Below are positions 40,716 through 51,213 of a stretch of DNA of 64,000 nucleotides, piece by piece. Made by a program: the position numbers and the translations under genes. Below the pieces are notes generated by a model that searched no databases, was not told the origin of the DNA, and saw only the letters and a program-made list of their open reading frames with translations. Every line of letters begins with the position of its first letter. Position 1 is the first letter of the stretch. This DNA comes from Kofleriaceae bacterium. Lineage in GTDB: Bacteria; Myxococcota_A; Polyangia; Haliangiales; Haliangiaceae. The stretch spans positions 35,981 through 99,980 of the forward strand of contig CBDCCZ010000009.1 in NCBI GenBank assembly GCA_965215005.1. Reading direction: 5' to 3'.

Positions 40716-42835
40716 TGAAAACGACGTTCTGGATTCGACTGGCCGCACTGGCGGTCTTCGCGGCGGTGGTCTCAGCTCCGGGCTTGGCCCATGCTTACGT
40801 GGGCCCGGGGGCGGGCATCGCCGTGGCAACCACGCTGCTTGCGTTTGTGATCAGCGCGTTCGTCGCGCTCATCGGGCTCTTATTTTGGCCGGTGCGCTTC
40901 GTTATTCGAATGGTGACGCGTAAGAAGGCGCCAAAGCCCGCGAAGATCGACCGAATGGTGATCATCGGCCTCGATGGTCTCGATCCCAAGCTCGTGCGTC
41001 GGTTCATGGATGAGGGCCGGCTGCCGAATATGCAGCGCATCGCCGCCAAGGGCTCATTCCGCAACCTCAGCACCACCTATCCAGCGATGTCGCCGGTGGC
41101 GTGGAGCTCCTTTGCTACCGGCGTGGATCCGGCCAAGCATGGAATATTTGACTTCCTCACCCGCAATCCCAAAACCTACACGCCGGATCTGTCGTCGGCG
41201 GATGTGCGCCCGCCGCGCCGCTCGCTAAAGATCGGCGCGTATCGGATTCCGGTGAGCAAGCCGCAGTTGGCGCTGTTGCGCAAGAGCAAGAGCTTCTGGG
41301 AGCTACTCGGCACCTATCAGGTGCCGTGCTCAATCCTCCGCGTGCCCATCACGTTTCCGCCCGAGAAGTTCGACGGCACCTTGCTGTCGGCGATGTGCGT
41401 GCCCGATCTGCAGGGCTCGCAGGGCTCGTTCGCCTACTTTAGCTCCGCTAAAGATGGGAGCGAGGCCATCGGAGGCACCCGCATTCCCATCACTGTGCGC
41501 GACGGCGTGGTCGAGACCGCGCTGCCCGGCCCTCCCAATCCGATTCATGCCGCCGGAGAGCCGGTTACGGCGCCGATGCGACTAGTCATGGCGCCCAGCG
41601 GCAAGCGAGCGGTGCTTCACGTGAGCGGCAAGAAGGTGCCGCTCGTGCTCGGCGAGTACACGGAATGGATCGAAGTAAGCTTTAAGCTGGGACTTGGCGT
41701 CAAGCTGCGCGGCATCTGTCGATTTCGGCTCCTCGAGAGCGAGCCGAACGTCAAGCTTTACGTAACTCCCATCAACATCGATCCCGAGAATCCGGTGCTG
41801 CCAATTTCGCACCCGCGCTACTTCTCGATGTTCTTGGCCAAGATGCTCGGCAAGTACGCCACCCTGGGTCTGGCGGAAGATACGTGGGCCCTCAACGAGG
41901 GCGTGCTGGATGAAGATGCGTTTCTCGAGCAGGCGTGGGCCAACCACGCCGAGCGCGAGGCGATGTTCTTCGAGATGCTGCGGCGAACTCGCAAAGGCGT
42001 GATCACCTGCGTGTTCGACGGCACCGATCGCATCCAGCACATGTTCATGCGCTATCTCGACGAGGAGCATCCGGCGCTGTCCGCTGAGCGGCGCCAGCGG
42101 GAAAGCCGCTACAAAGAAGTGATCCCCGAAACCTATGCCCGCATGGATGTCATGGTCGGCAAGGTTCTCGAGCAGGTCGATATGAACGACCCAAAGAACC
42201 TCGTTTGCGTCATGAGCGATCATGGGTTTCAAACTTTTCGCCGCGGCGTGAATCTCAACTCCTGGCTCCATCAGCACGGCTACTTGGTTCTGGAAGAGGG
42301 CAGGAGCACCTCTGGCGAGTGGTTTCGAGGCGTGGATTGGGCCAAGACGCGCGCGTTCGCCCTCGGTCTCGGCGGGATCTTCCTCAACGTGAAGGGCCGC
42401 GAGGGCAAGGGCCTGGTCGAGCCGAGCGAGGTGGCCGCGCTCGCGGACGAGCTCGCCGAGGCGCTCTCGGGGCTGATCGATCCGCAGGCGGGGCAGGTTG
42501 CCATTCAGAAGGTGTACGCCTCGCATCGGCTGTATAAGGGGCCGTATGCCGATGACGCTCCCGATTTGATCGTTGGCTACGCGGCCGGCTGGCGCGCATC
42601 GTGGGATGGGGTGCGCGGCATCATCGATGACGTGGTGTTCGACGACAACACCAAGGCCTGGAGCGGCGATCACTGCATCGATCCCGAGCTGGTGCCCGGG
42701 GTGCTCATAGCAAGCCAGAATCTTGGCCCTGAGCGCGAGCAGCCGGCGATTGCCGATATGGCGCCGACGATTCTCGACCTGTTTGGTGTGCCGGCGCCGC
42801 GTTATATGGATGGCAAGAGCTTGGTGTCGGCGTGA
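40716..42835 (+). CDS. Type I phosphodiesterase / nucleotide pyrophosphatase family protein
   Basis: AYVGPGAG plus TM; GLDGLD, PAMSPVAWSSFATG, DRIQH, SDHGF, WSGDHC; start 40685 or 40716. Confidence 0.88.
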
Positions 42836-44805
42836 AGACTCGCTGGGCGGCGCTGGTGATCCTCGGTGTGTTCGGCGCTTGTGGGCAGGACGCTGCCGAG
42901 CCCCCGGCGATGGACAAAGGGCTCATCATCCTCGGCTTCGATGGGATGGATCCCAAGCTCTTGCGCACGTACATCGCCGCCGGCAAAGTGCCGCATTTGG
43001 CGGCCTTGGCGGAGCGCGGCACGTTCCTCGAGCTTGGCACCAGCAACCCGCCGCAGAGCCCCGTCGCGTGGTCGAACTTCATCACCGGCATGGGCTCGAG
43101 CGCGCACGGTATCTACGACTTCGTTCATCGCGATCCGCATCATCTCGAGCCGTATCTTTCCACCTCGCGTACCGCGCCACCGGGAACGGTGCTCACCATC
43201 GGCGATTGGGTGCTGCCGCTCGGCTCTGGCGGCACCGAGCTGTTGCGCGCCGGGCAGGCGTGGTGGCAGGCGCTAGAGAAGGGCGTGGTGCCGGCCACGG
43301 TGATGCGGGTTCCTGCCAATTATCCGCCCGCCGAGCGCGGCGACGGCCGGGTGCGCAGCGAGTCGATGGCGGGAATGGGCACGCCTGATCTGCTCGGGAC
43401 CTACGGCACGTTTCAGCTTTATACCGACGATCCGGCGCTGGCGGCGCGACCCATGGGTAGCGGCGTCGTGCACGCGGTCGACTTTGGCGACACCAACAAG
43501 GTCCGCAGCGTGCTCGAAGGGCCGCCCGCTCCGTCGTCAGCCTCCGCGAAAGCGATGACGATTCCGGTCGCAGTGGCGCGCGATGGCCAGCGCGACGTTG
43601 CGCTGGTGCGAATCGGCGATCGGGAGGCAATCCTCGAGGCGGGAGAGTGGTCGGAGTGGCTGCCGGTGGCGTTCGATGGCGGAGTCCTGTCCGGCGAGCT
43701 CGGCGGCATGGTGCGGCTATATCTGCGCAGCGTGCGGCCGCACCTGCACCTTTACGTGAGCCCGATCAACATCGATCCGGTGGCGCCGGCGATGGAGCTG
43801 TCTTCCCCAGCGAGCTATGTCGAGAAGCTGGCTGCGGAGGTTGGTCGCTTCTATACCCAAGGAATGCCGGAGGACACCAAAGCCCTTTCCGGTGGCGCCT
43901 TGACCGATGACGAGTTTCTCGCTCAGGCAGACTACATTTGGCAGGAAGAGGTCGCCTTTGCCGAACGCGAGCTGAAGCGCTATCGCGGCGGCGCGCTATT
44001 TCTGTATTTCTCGGTGATCGACCAAGTGAGTCATATGTTCTGGCGCGCCCTGGAGCCGGACGCCGCGCCCGAAGATGCCCGCTACGCCGACGTGATTCCC
44101 GGGCTCTACGAGCGCGCCGATGCGTTGGTGGGACGCATTCTTCAGGCCGCGCCCCCGGGCACGGAGGTCGTGGTGATGAGCGACCATGGATTTAATTCCT
44201 ATCGTTATAAAGTTCACCTCAATACGTGGCTGGCGCAAAACGGGTATCTGCAGGTTTTGCCGCCGGACGAGCGGCAGCCTGGACCACTTGGCCACATCGA
44301 CTGGGCCAACACCCAAGCGTATGCGTTGGGGCTCAACCAGCTGTTCCTCAACCTCAAGGGGCGCGAGCAACACGGCGTGGTGCCGCTTGAGGACAAGGAA
44401 CTACTGCTGCGCCGTCTGACGCGCGAGCTCGAGTCTTTTCGCGATCCGAGCACCGGCGGGTTGGTCATCACCGACGTGACCGCGCCAGCCGATGGTGCGT
44501 TTCCTGATCGCACCCCCGACCTCCTCATTGGCTACAACCGCGGCTATCGCAGCTCGGATGAATCAGCGATGGGAGTGGTTGGCAGCGAGGTGATCGAGCG
44601 CAATCGCGGTAAGTGGAGCGGTGACCACTGCGTGGATCCCGCCCATGTGCCCGGCGTGCTGCTCACGGAGCGCAAGCTCGAGGTTACGCAGGCAAACCTC
44701 ACCGACCTGGCGCCTACGATTCTGAGCTACTTCGGCCTCGACCGCTCCGAGGCGCTCGAAGGCGCTGATGTCTTCGCTGGTAGTACTGCCGCGGCAAGCC
44801 AATGA
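42832..44805 (+). CDS. Second type I phosphodiesterase / nucleotide pyrophosphatase family protein (lipoprotein)
   Basis: FGAC lipobox; GFDGMD, PPQSPVAWSNFITG, DQVSH, SDHGF, WSGDHC. Confidence 0.88.
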   Translation: MKTRWAALVILGVFGACGQDAAEPPAMDKGLIILGFDGMDPKLLRTYIAAGKVPHLAALAERGTFLELGTSNPPQSPVAWSNFITGMGSSAHGIYDFVHRDPHHLEPYLSTSRTAPPGTVLTIGDWVLPLGSGGTELLRAGQAWWQALEKGVVPATVMRVPANYPPAERGDGRVRSESMAGMGTPDLLGTYGTFQLYTDDPALAARPMGSGVVHAVDFGDTNKVRSVLEGPPAPSSASAKAMTIPVAVARDGQRDVALVRIGDREAILEAGEWSEWLPVAFDGGVLSGELGGMVRLYLRSVRPHLHLYVSPINIDPVAPAMELSSPASYVEKLAAEVGRFYTQGMPEDTKALSGGALTDDEFLAQADYIWQEEVAFAERELKRYRGGALFLYFSVIDQVSHMFWRALEPDAAPEDARYADVIPGLYERADALVGRILQAAPPGTEVVVMSDHGFNSYRYKVHLNTWLAQNGYLQVLPPDERQPGPLGHIDWANTQAYALGLNQLFLNLKGREQHGVVPLEDKELLLRRLTRELESFRDPSTGGLVITDVTAPADGAFPDRTPDLLIGYNRGYRSSDESAMGVVGSEVIERNRGKWSGDHCVDPAHVPGVLLTERKLEVTQANLTDLAPTILSYFGLDRSEALEGADVFAGSTAAASQ

Positions 44806-44845
44806 GCGATACCCGCGCTTTTCCACTCGAGACGAAAGACGAGTC

Positions 44846-45157
44846 ATGGGCAAGGTGAAGATCAAGCCGCCAAAAGAGCTCAAAGGACGTCTCAAGGACG
44901 TCGCCAAGAAGCACAACTTCGACTCCGCAGACGCGCTGGTCGAGCATTTCATCGTCCGTGGCCTCAAGGTCTACGAGGCACCAGCGGACGCGCCGCTCGA
45001 GCAGCAGCTCGAGCACGTGAGTGAAGAACAGGGGTATTCGTCGCCACAAGAGCTCATCGAGCACTTGTTGCTGCGCGGCCTGCGAGCGTACGAAGAGGTC
45101 GAAGACGACCCCGAGAAGCTCGAGGCGCGCCTTCGTGGCCTCGGCTACATCGACTAA
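44846..45157 (+). CDS. Small protein with tandem ribbon-helix-helix-like repeats and LGY tail
   Basis: Internal duplication NFDSADALVEHFIVRGLKVYE / GYSSPQELIEHLLLRGLRAYE; ends RLRGLGYID. Confidence 0.75.
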   Translation: MGKVKIKPPKELKGRLKDVAKKHNFDSADALVEHFIVRGLKVYEAPADAPLEQQLEHVSEEQGYSSPQELIEHLLLRGLRAYEEVEDDPEKLEARLRGLGYID

Positions 45158-45202
45158 TGGTTCACGCCAATCGATAGGGCGAGCTAGGAACGAACGAGTC
45201 CC

Positions 45203-46021
45203 GTGGAAACCATCGCCTACGCCCTCCGCACCGGTATCGAGTACCTGTTGGTGCCGTTCGACGCGCTCCCGCCGACGCTGGCGCTCACGCTGATCGCGCT
45301 CATCACCGGCGTGATTATGCTGTGGGTCGTGGGCAAGACCACTCCGCAGGCGCGCGTCGAGCGGGCGCGCAATCGCATGGGCGCAGGCATTTACGAGATG
45401 CGGCTGTACATGGACTCGCCGCTGCGCATGTTCGCGGCGCAGGGGCGCATGCTCGGCTGGAGCTTCCTTTACGTCGCCTATATGTTGCCGGCGTTCGTCA
45501 TCTTGACGGTGCCTCTGGGTCTTCTCTACTTGCACCTCGACGCGCGCTACGGCCAAGCCGCGTTGCCGACCAACGCACCCATTGCGGTGCGCATCGTTCT
45601 AGCGAGCGGTGCGGATGGCTACGCGGTCGAGCCGGGCGAGCTGCCAGAAGGACTGCGAGTCACGGCGCCGCCGGTGTTCGTAGAAGACGAATCCAGCGTC
45701 TACTTGCGCTTAGTCATTGAGCGACCCGGAACCTACGAGCTGCCGATTCGGCGCGGCGAAGAGAGCGTAACCAAGCGGATCAGCGCCGATCCTCGGGCGC
45801 TCGAGGTGCATCCGCAGCGCAGCTCTGGCGCCGACCTCTGGATCAGTGAGGGCGACGAAGCGCCCGTGCCCGCGCGCGCCGGCATTCGCGAGATCCGTAT
45901 TGATCATCCCGCTTCCTCGCGCACCTGGATTGGCCTTTCGTGGCCCTGGTGGCTCTACTGGCTGCTCATCGCGACCGTCGCCGCGCTCGCTCTTCGTAAA
46001 CGACTCGGGGTGGCGCTGTAA
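45203..46021 (+). CDS. Hypothetical membrane protein
   Basis: Three hydrophobic segments; co-oriented with the cluster. Confidence 0.75.
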   Translation: METIAYALRTGIEYLLVPFDALPPTLALTLIALITGVIMLWVVGKTTPQARVERARNRMGAGIYEMRLYMDSPLRMFAAQGRMLGWSFLYVAYMLPAFVILTVPLGLLYLHLDARYGQAALPTNAPIAVRIVLASGADGYAVEPGELPEGLRVTAPPVFVEDESSVYLRLVIERPGTYELPIRRGEESVTKRISADPRALEVHPQRSSGADLWISEGDEAPVPARAGIREIRIDHPASSRTWIGLSWPWWLYWLLIATVAALALRKRLGVAL

Positions 46022-46078
46022 CGCGGTTCTCGAGCGGGAGAGGCCGTCGCAGAGAAACCGAGCGCAGTGGCGAATGGC

Positions 46079-46657
46079 TCAGGGAGAGGCGATTTGTCGG
46101 TTGCGGTAGAGCGACGGATCGACCGCCTCGGCCATCGCGTCGACATCGAGTGTGCCGCCCAGGAAGCGATGGATGCGCTCCGCACCCTTACGAGGATCGG
46201 CCAAGATCCGCGTGTAGTTCACGAACAGAACCTCGACATGGGGTTGCTTGCGCAGCCACGCCTCGATCTCTTCGAGGTGAGCGACGAACATCTCTTTCAT
46301 CTCGTTGTCTGCGGCGCCGGCAGCTTCTCCTCGCCGATCGAGCATTTTCTTTTGCGAGGCGAGGACCTCGTCGAGGCTGCGACGAATGAAGATAACTTTG
46401 TAGTTGCGATCGCTCGGCAGCTCCGGCAGTAGCTGCGAAATGATCTTGACCGCTTTGCCGTTGGCAGCGTCGAGCCAAGACGCATCTTTGTCGGTGCGCT
46501 TGACCGCTTCGAGCTCGAAGTAGCCGCGCGGATTGTCTTCGTCTGCCGCCCGCTGCTCATCGGTTAGGGGCTCGATGCCGCCACGCGCCAGCATGCGCAT
46601 CATCATGGAGGTCCCCGAGCGCGGGAGCCCGGATACGATACAGGCGGGAGAGCTCAT
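46079..46657 (-). CDS. Sulfotransferase family protein
   Basis: PAPS-binding loop [30 protein letters not shown]. Confidence 0.88.
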   Translation of the reverse strand: MSSPACIVSGLPRSGTSMMMRMLARGGIEPLTDEQRAADEDNPRGYFELEAVKRTDKDASWLDAANGKAVKIISQLLPELPSDRNYKVIFIRRSLDEVLASQKKMLDRRGEAAGAADNEMKEMFVAHLEEIEAWLRKQPHVEVLFVNYTRILADPRKGAERIHRFLGGTLDVDAMAEAVDPSLYRNRQIASP

Positions 46658-46827
46658 GGCTGGACGCTACAATGCAGCGCTGGAGCTCGCAACTGGGGCG
46701 GGTTTGGAAGACGCTCGCCCGCGGCGGTGGGCGAGGAGCGCGCCGCAAGCTCCGCACCGTTGGGCAGGAGGGAGCCTCCCGCGATGACGGTGAGCTCGAC
46801 GGCGCGCCTCGTTGGCCAGAAACCTGG

Positions 46828-47343
46828 CTACTCTTCGATCGTAACTTTGATCATCTTGACCGGCTCGAGCGGGCGGTCGCTGGCGTCGGTGCGGGTCTTC
46901 TCGATCTTCTGCACCACGTCCATGCCGTCGACGATCTTGCCGAACACGGGATGCTTGGACGGCCCGGGGCTAAACCAATCGAGGTAGGCGTTGTGCACGG
47001 TGTTGATGAACATCTGGCAGCTGCCGCTGTTGGGGCGGCCGGTATTGGCCATGGACAGGGTGCCCGGCTCGTTCGAAATCTTGGCATCGGGCGGGTGCTC
47101 ATCTTGTAAGCCGCCCTTGGGGCTCTGACCGGTGCCGGCCTGCGCGCTCTTGGGGTCCTTGCTGTGCGGACAGCCGAACTGGATCATGAAACCGTCGATG
47201 ACTCGGTGAAAGTGCAGCCCATCGTAGAAGCCGCTCTTGGCCAAGTCGACGAAGTTCCCGGCGGTGATGGGCATCTTGTCGGTGAAGAGCTCGACCTTGA
47301 AGCTGCCCAGAGACGTTTCCATCGTTGCGGTGGGGTTCGCCAT
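46828..47343 (-). CDS. Cyclophilin-type peptidyl-prolyl isomerase
   Basis: [35 protein letters not shown]. Confidence 0.95.
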   Translation of the reverse strand: MANPTATMETSLGSFKVELFTDKMPITAGNFVDLAKSGFYDGLHFHRVIDGFMIQFGCPHSKDPKSAQAGTGQSPKGGLQDEHPPDAKISNEPGTLSMANTGRPNSGSCQMFINTVHNAYLDWFSPGPSKHPVFGKIVDGMDVVQKIEKTRTDASDRPLEPVKMIKVTIEE

Positions 47344-47524
47344 GCGAGTACGTGTACCAGGCTCGCGGCCTGCCGTCAGCGCTGGCGGCTGGCTTTGTGG
47401 CAGGGCGGAGAGACGAGGTTCCAATTGGGGTGCGGCAGTGGCCCCATGCTGTGCCCGGGGTTACGGCTAAGTCGCGAATATCGCGAGATTTGACTCCGGC
47501 ACATGGCTAGCAATCCCTCTGCTC

Positions 47525-48325
47525 ATGCGCAGGCTCCTCGGCTTTTCCTCCATCACCCTGTTTTCTCTTCTTGCCGCGTGCACGGTTAGCGAGCTCACTA
47601 CGCCCGGCCAGACCCCAACCGGCACTGGGACCGGCTCCGGCACCGACGTGGGCGGCGGCGCGGCGGTCGACCCTGACGCGCCGGATGCGGCGCCAATGCC
47701 GGAGGTCGTGCCACCGAGCTTCGCGCTCACCGCGGTCACGCCCGGTGCCGAGCTCGAGCTCGGGTCCCGCTCCGAGCTCGAGCTGTCTGTCAGCTCGCAG
47801 AACTTCGCAGGACCGGTGACCTTGTCAGCGGCGAACATGGCGGAAGGATGGACAGTTTCCTTCGACCCCGCCGTCATCGAGGTGCCTTTGGACGGCGTGG
47901 CAACCGCGACGCTGATCGTCGAGACGGCGACTGACGCCGAGGCGGCGACGCGTATCGTCGAGGTTCGCGCTGATGGCGCCCCCGGCCCCAGCGTCGTCAA
48001 CGTCCAGCTCGACGTTGCCAATCAAGTCATCATTCCCATCACCGGAGGCACGGGCGCCGGCGCCCATTCGTTCCCCGATCGCACCGCGATTCGCGTCGGC
48101 ACGACGGTCATCTTCCGCAACGACGACGGCGCCGAGCATCGCATCCACGCCGGCGCTGACGATGAAGGATTGCCGCATCAAGAGGGCTCGATGAAGCAGG
48201 GCGAGAGCTACGTGGCGACCATCACCGCCGAAGGCTCCTTCCGCTACTATTGCCACGAGCATGAGGTCGGTGCCGGCGTGGGCCGCATCGTCGCCACCAA
48301 CCCGGTCGCACCCGCGACCCCGTGA
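47525..48325 (+). CDS. Lipoprotein with C-terminal cupredoxin-like domain
   Basis: LAAC lipobox; VGTTVIFRN...HRIH...FRYYCHEH. Confidence 0.8.
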   Translation: MRRLLGFSSITLFSLLAACTVSELTTPGQTPTGTGTGSGTDVGGGAAVDPDAPDAAPMPEVVPPSFALTAVTPGAELELGSRSELELSVSSQNFAGPVTLSAANMAEGWTVSFDPAVIEVPLDGVATATLIVETATDAEAATRIVEVRADGAPGPSVVNVQLDVANQVIIPITGGTGAGAHSFPDRTAIRVGTTVIFRNDDGAEHRIHAGADDEGLPHQEGSMKQGESYVATITAEGSFRYYCHEHEVGAGVGRIVATNPVAPATP

Positions 48326-48431
48326 CTCCAGCGGAGTAGCGACTCGAGTCGGCAAGCCGAGGGCTGGCTCGAGTCGCGCATCCGAGACGTACTCAATCGA
48401 GAGCGGACTCCCGCCGCGCTCGTCGGTATCC

Positions 48432-48875
48432 TCAATCGTCGAGCAGCTCGAGGTCGTCGAAGTCGAGGGCAATCTCGACCGAGCCGTCGTCCTCGGGCGC
48501 CGCAGCGTCTCTGGCGCTGCGCACCGAATGAACCCAGCGATTCCATCGCGTCTGATCATCGCGACCCACGCCGTAAAAGCGCAGCCCATAGCCGGTCACG
48601 CCCCCGCCGGGCTCTTTGGCGGAATGTACCACCATGGCGTGGAAGATGCGCGGAGTGGCCGGATCCAGCTCGATCTCGAGCTTCACGAGCGAGCCCAGGG
48701 CAACCTCTTCACGAAGCCGCAGGAACATGCCGCCAAAGCTCACGTCGCTTGTGAATCCTAGCAGCTGACGCTGCCCGCGATGCAGCGTGACAGCGATCTC
48801 TGCGCCGTATCGTGCGTCCTTGCGCTTGTCTTGCCCGCTTGCCGGAACCGAGGCGGTCATACTACTGCTTGGCAT
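48432..48875 (-). CDS. PilZ domain protein
   Basis: RKDAR, DVSFGGMFL, GYGLRF. Confidence 0.85.
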   Translation of the reverse strand: MPSSSMTASVPASGQDKRKDARYGAEIAVTLHRGQRQLLGFTSDVSFGGMFLRLREEVALGSLVKLEIELDPATPRIFHAMVVHSAKEPGGGVTGYGLRFYGVGRDDQTRWNRWVHSVRSARDAAAPEDDGSVEIALDFDDLELLDD

Positions 48876-48893
48876 GGCGACGACGAGAACGAG

Positions 48894-49064
48894 CTAGCGC
48901 TTCAAAAAGCCGCCGAGGCCGCCTGGGAGGCGATCGGCCAGGCCCGATTGCGCGAGCCACTTGGGAATCTCGTCCGCGTGCTCACGGATGAAGTTTGCTA
49001 CTTGTTGGGCCTGAGCTTCGTCCAGGCCGACCTTGGCGACGAGTTGCGAGATGAGTTGATCCAT
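48894..49064 (-). CDS. Small hypothetical protein
   Basis: MDQLISQLVAKVGLDEAQAQQV...GGLGGFLK; protein-like amphipathic sequence. Confidence 0.65.
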   Translation of the reverse strand: MDQLISQLVAKVGLDEAQAQQVANFIREHADEIPKWLAQSGLADRLPGGLGGFLKR

Positions 49065-49219
49065 GGCAGTGGCGACAGTGTGGAGCATGCTCTGCCGGCA
49101 GACAAGTGCAGGGCGCGGGAGGGACGCATGAGCGCTCGCGAGCGGGATGGCGTGCAGGTTGGCTGGCGCGCGGCGTTGCTCTGCCGCGGCCTCGGGCTAT
49201 CCTCCGGCCCGAGGAGAAG

Positions 49220-49930
49220 ATGATGGCTATCACAATCGAACGAGCGGCAATTTTGGCCGCAGCCCTGTCGCTATCGATAGGCAGCTCGGGCTGCAAGAAA
49301 GACGACGCAGGCCCTCGTCCTGCCTCGTCAACTTCTCCCTCGGCCGAGCCTGCGCTGTCTCCCGAGCTTCCGAGCAACGTCAAGGAGAACGAGCCGATGA
49401 CCCAACCCGCGTCGCATCCGCTGCCAGGCAACATCTACGAGCAACCCATTCACCAGCTCGGTGGCGCCTCCACTACCTTAGCCGCCTATCGCGGCAAGGC
49501 CTTGCTGCTCGTGAACGTCGCTTCCAAGTGCGGCTTGACGCCGCAATACAGCGAGCTCGAAGCGCTGCAAACCGAGTACGAAGAGCGCGGCTTCACCGTG
49601 ATTGGCTTTCCATCCAATCAGTTTGGTGGGCAGGAGCCAGGCAGCGCTGAAGAGATCAAGCGCTTTTGCAGCACCACGTACGGCGTCACGTTCCCCATGA
49701 TGGAGAAGATCGAGGTGAACGGCGCCGGACGTCATCCGATTTACCAGGCTCTCACGCAGGTTCCAGATGCGCAGGGCGAGAGCGGTGACATCCAGTGGAA
49801 CTTCGAGAAGTTCGTGATCTCTGCCGATGGCGCTCACGTCACGCGATTCCGGCCCAAGACCACCCCCAGCGATCCGCAAGTCGTCGCCGCCATCGAAGCG
49901 GCACTGCCTTCCTCGACAACGCCGCGCTGA
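49220..49930 (+). CDS. Glutathione peroxidase family protein with lipoprotein-like N-terminus
   Basis: NVASKCGLT, GFPSNQF, WNFEKF; GAGGAG RBS; SSGC lipobox. Confidence 0.9.
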   Translation: MMAITIERAAILAAALSLSIGSSGCKKDDAGPRPASSTSPSAEPALSPELPSNVKENEPMTQPASHPLPGNIYEQPIHQLGGASTTLAAYRGKALLLVNVASKCGLTPQYSELEALQTEYEERGFTVIGFPSNQFGGQEPGSAEEIKRFCSTTYGVTFPMMEKIEVNGAGRHPIYQALTQVPDAQGESGDIQWNFEKFVISADGAHVTRFRPKTTPSDPQVVAAIEAALPSSTTPR

Positions 49931-50006
49931 GGCGCTGCGGCGCGGGTGAAAAGTCGGCTCGCCTACGGCAATTTCGTCACTGGGTACAGCGGTCAATTCG
50001 ATGTCA

Positions 50007-50039
50007 CGTAAGGCGGTTGTAAGGCAGCTTTAAGGTGGC
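50007..50039. promoter_or_regulatory. Three 11-bp-period direct repeats (TAAGG core), putative OmpR/PhoB-type operator
   Basis: CGTAAGGCGGT TGTAAGGCAGC TTTAAGGTGGC upstream of the AraC gene. Confidence 0.55.
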
Positions 50040-50102
50040 TTTCGCGGCCATGCGGCTCACTCTTCGCGCTAGGAACCGCGCGACTACCAGGAGAGACATC
50101 GC

Positions 50103-51167
50103 ATGACGCCCGTGCTGGGAATCCACCCCCCTATCATCAGCTCGGACCCGCCAAGGGGTCCGGCGCCCAAGACCATCACCGCTGCACTCGTGGAGCGCCT
50201 GCTGGCAACCGCTGCAGAGGGCGGCGTCGATGCGATCGAGCTTTGCCGCTCCGCCGCGCTGCTTGGCGGCGAATCCGAGCAACTGGGCGACTACGTCGAG
50301 CTCGATCGGTATTACCGCCTTTGGGAGCTGGCCCTCGGACGCTGCACCCGACGCGAGCTACCCCTGCTGGTGGCGGAAGGCTGCCGCGTCGATACCCTGC
50401 GACTGGTCGGCTACGCGTGCGCCACCGCCGCCACCTTGGGAGATGCCCAGCGCAATCTCGCGCGCTTCATGGCGCTGTGCGTGAGCGGGGAGATCTACGA
50501 CTACGACGAAAGAGAGGAGCCGCGCCTGGTGTTACGCCAACCTCATGGCGCGGTGAGTGGCGCCGCGTGGGCGGCCGAGATGGCGTTGGCGCGGGCGGTT
50601 CGCGACGCACGGGCGATGACAGGGCTGCGGGTGGTTCCGCGAGAAGTGGCATTCGTCCACGCGGCGCCGGTCGACGTCGCGCCATTCGAGAGCTTCTTTG
50701 GCTGCGCCGTTAGGTGGAGCAGCGGCGCCAATGAGATCGTCTGGTCGGCAGAAGCGGCTCGCACCCCGCTCATCAAGGCAGATCCTGGGTTCAATGCGTA
50801 CTTCGTCGAGCAGGCGGAGGCGCTGCTTTCGCATCTTCCGGCCATGGAGGATGTTGTCGATCGAGTGCGACGTGCGGTGAGCGAAGGGCTCGAGAAGGGC
50901 GATGCTAGCCTGCCGACCATCGCCAAACGACTGGGATGCAGCCCGCGGACGCTGCGGCGCCGACTGAGCAGTCGCGGCACCAACTTTCGCGCTGTGATTG
51001 ACGAAGTGCGATGCGAGCTCGCGATGCGCTATCTGCAGCGGAGCGATATCTCTCTGACTGAGCTGGCCTTCATGCTCGGTTTTTCCGAGCCGAGCAACTT
51101 CCACCGCGCATTCAAACGTTGGACGAGTGAGACGCCGAGCACGTATCGCAGCATCGGCGGAAACTAG
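50103..51167 (+). CDS. AraC family transcriptional regulator
   Basis: SPRTLRRRL, ELAFMLGFSEPSNFHRAFKRWT. Confidence 0.93.
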   Translation: MTPVLGIHPPIISSDPPRGPAPKTITAALVERLLATAAEGGVDAIELCRSAALLGGESEQLGDYVELDRYYRLWELALGRCTRRELPLLVAEGCRVDTLRLVGYACATAATLGDAQRNLARFMALCVSGEIYDYDEREEPRLVLRQPHGAVSGAAWAAEMALARAVRDARAMTGLRVVPREVAFVHAAPVDVAPFESFFGCAVRWSSGANEIVWSAEAARTPLIKADPGFNAYFVEQAEALLSHLPAMEDVVDRVRRAVSEGLEKGDASLPTIAKRLGCSPRTLRRRLSSRGTNFRAVIDEVRCELAMRYLQRSDISLTELAFMLGFSEPSNFHRAFKRWTSETPSTYRSIGGN

Positions 51168-51213
51168 CTGCAAGTCATCGCTATCGGCGTGATGATCCTC
51201 TTCGAGGATGGGC

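Noticed and set aside
47496..47513. Sigma-54-like GG-N10-GC upstream of the cupredoxin gene
   Set aside because: Weak match and only about 13 nt from the ATG; could be chance
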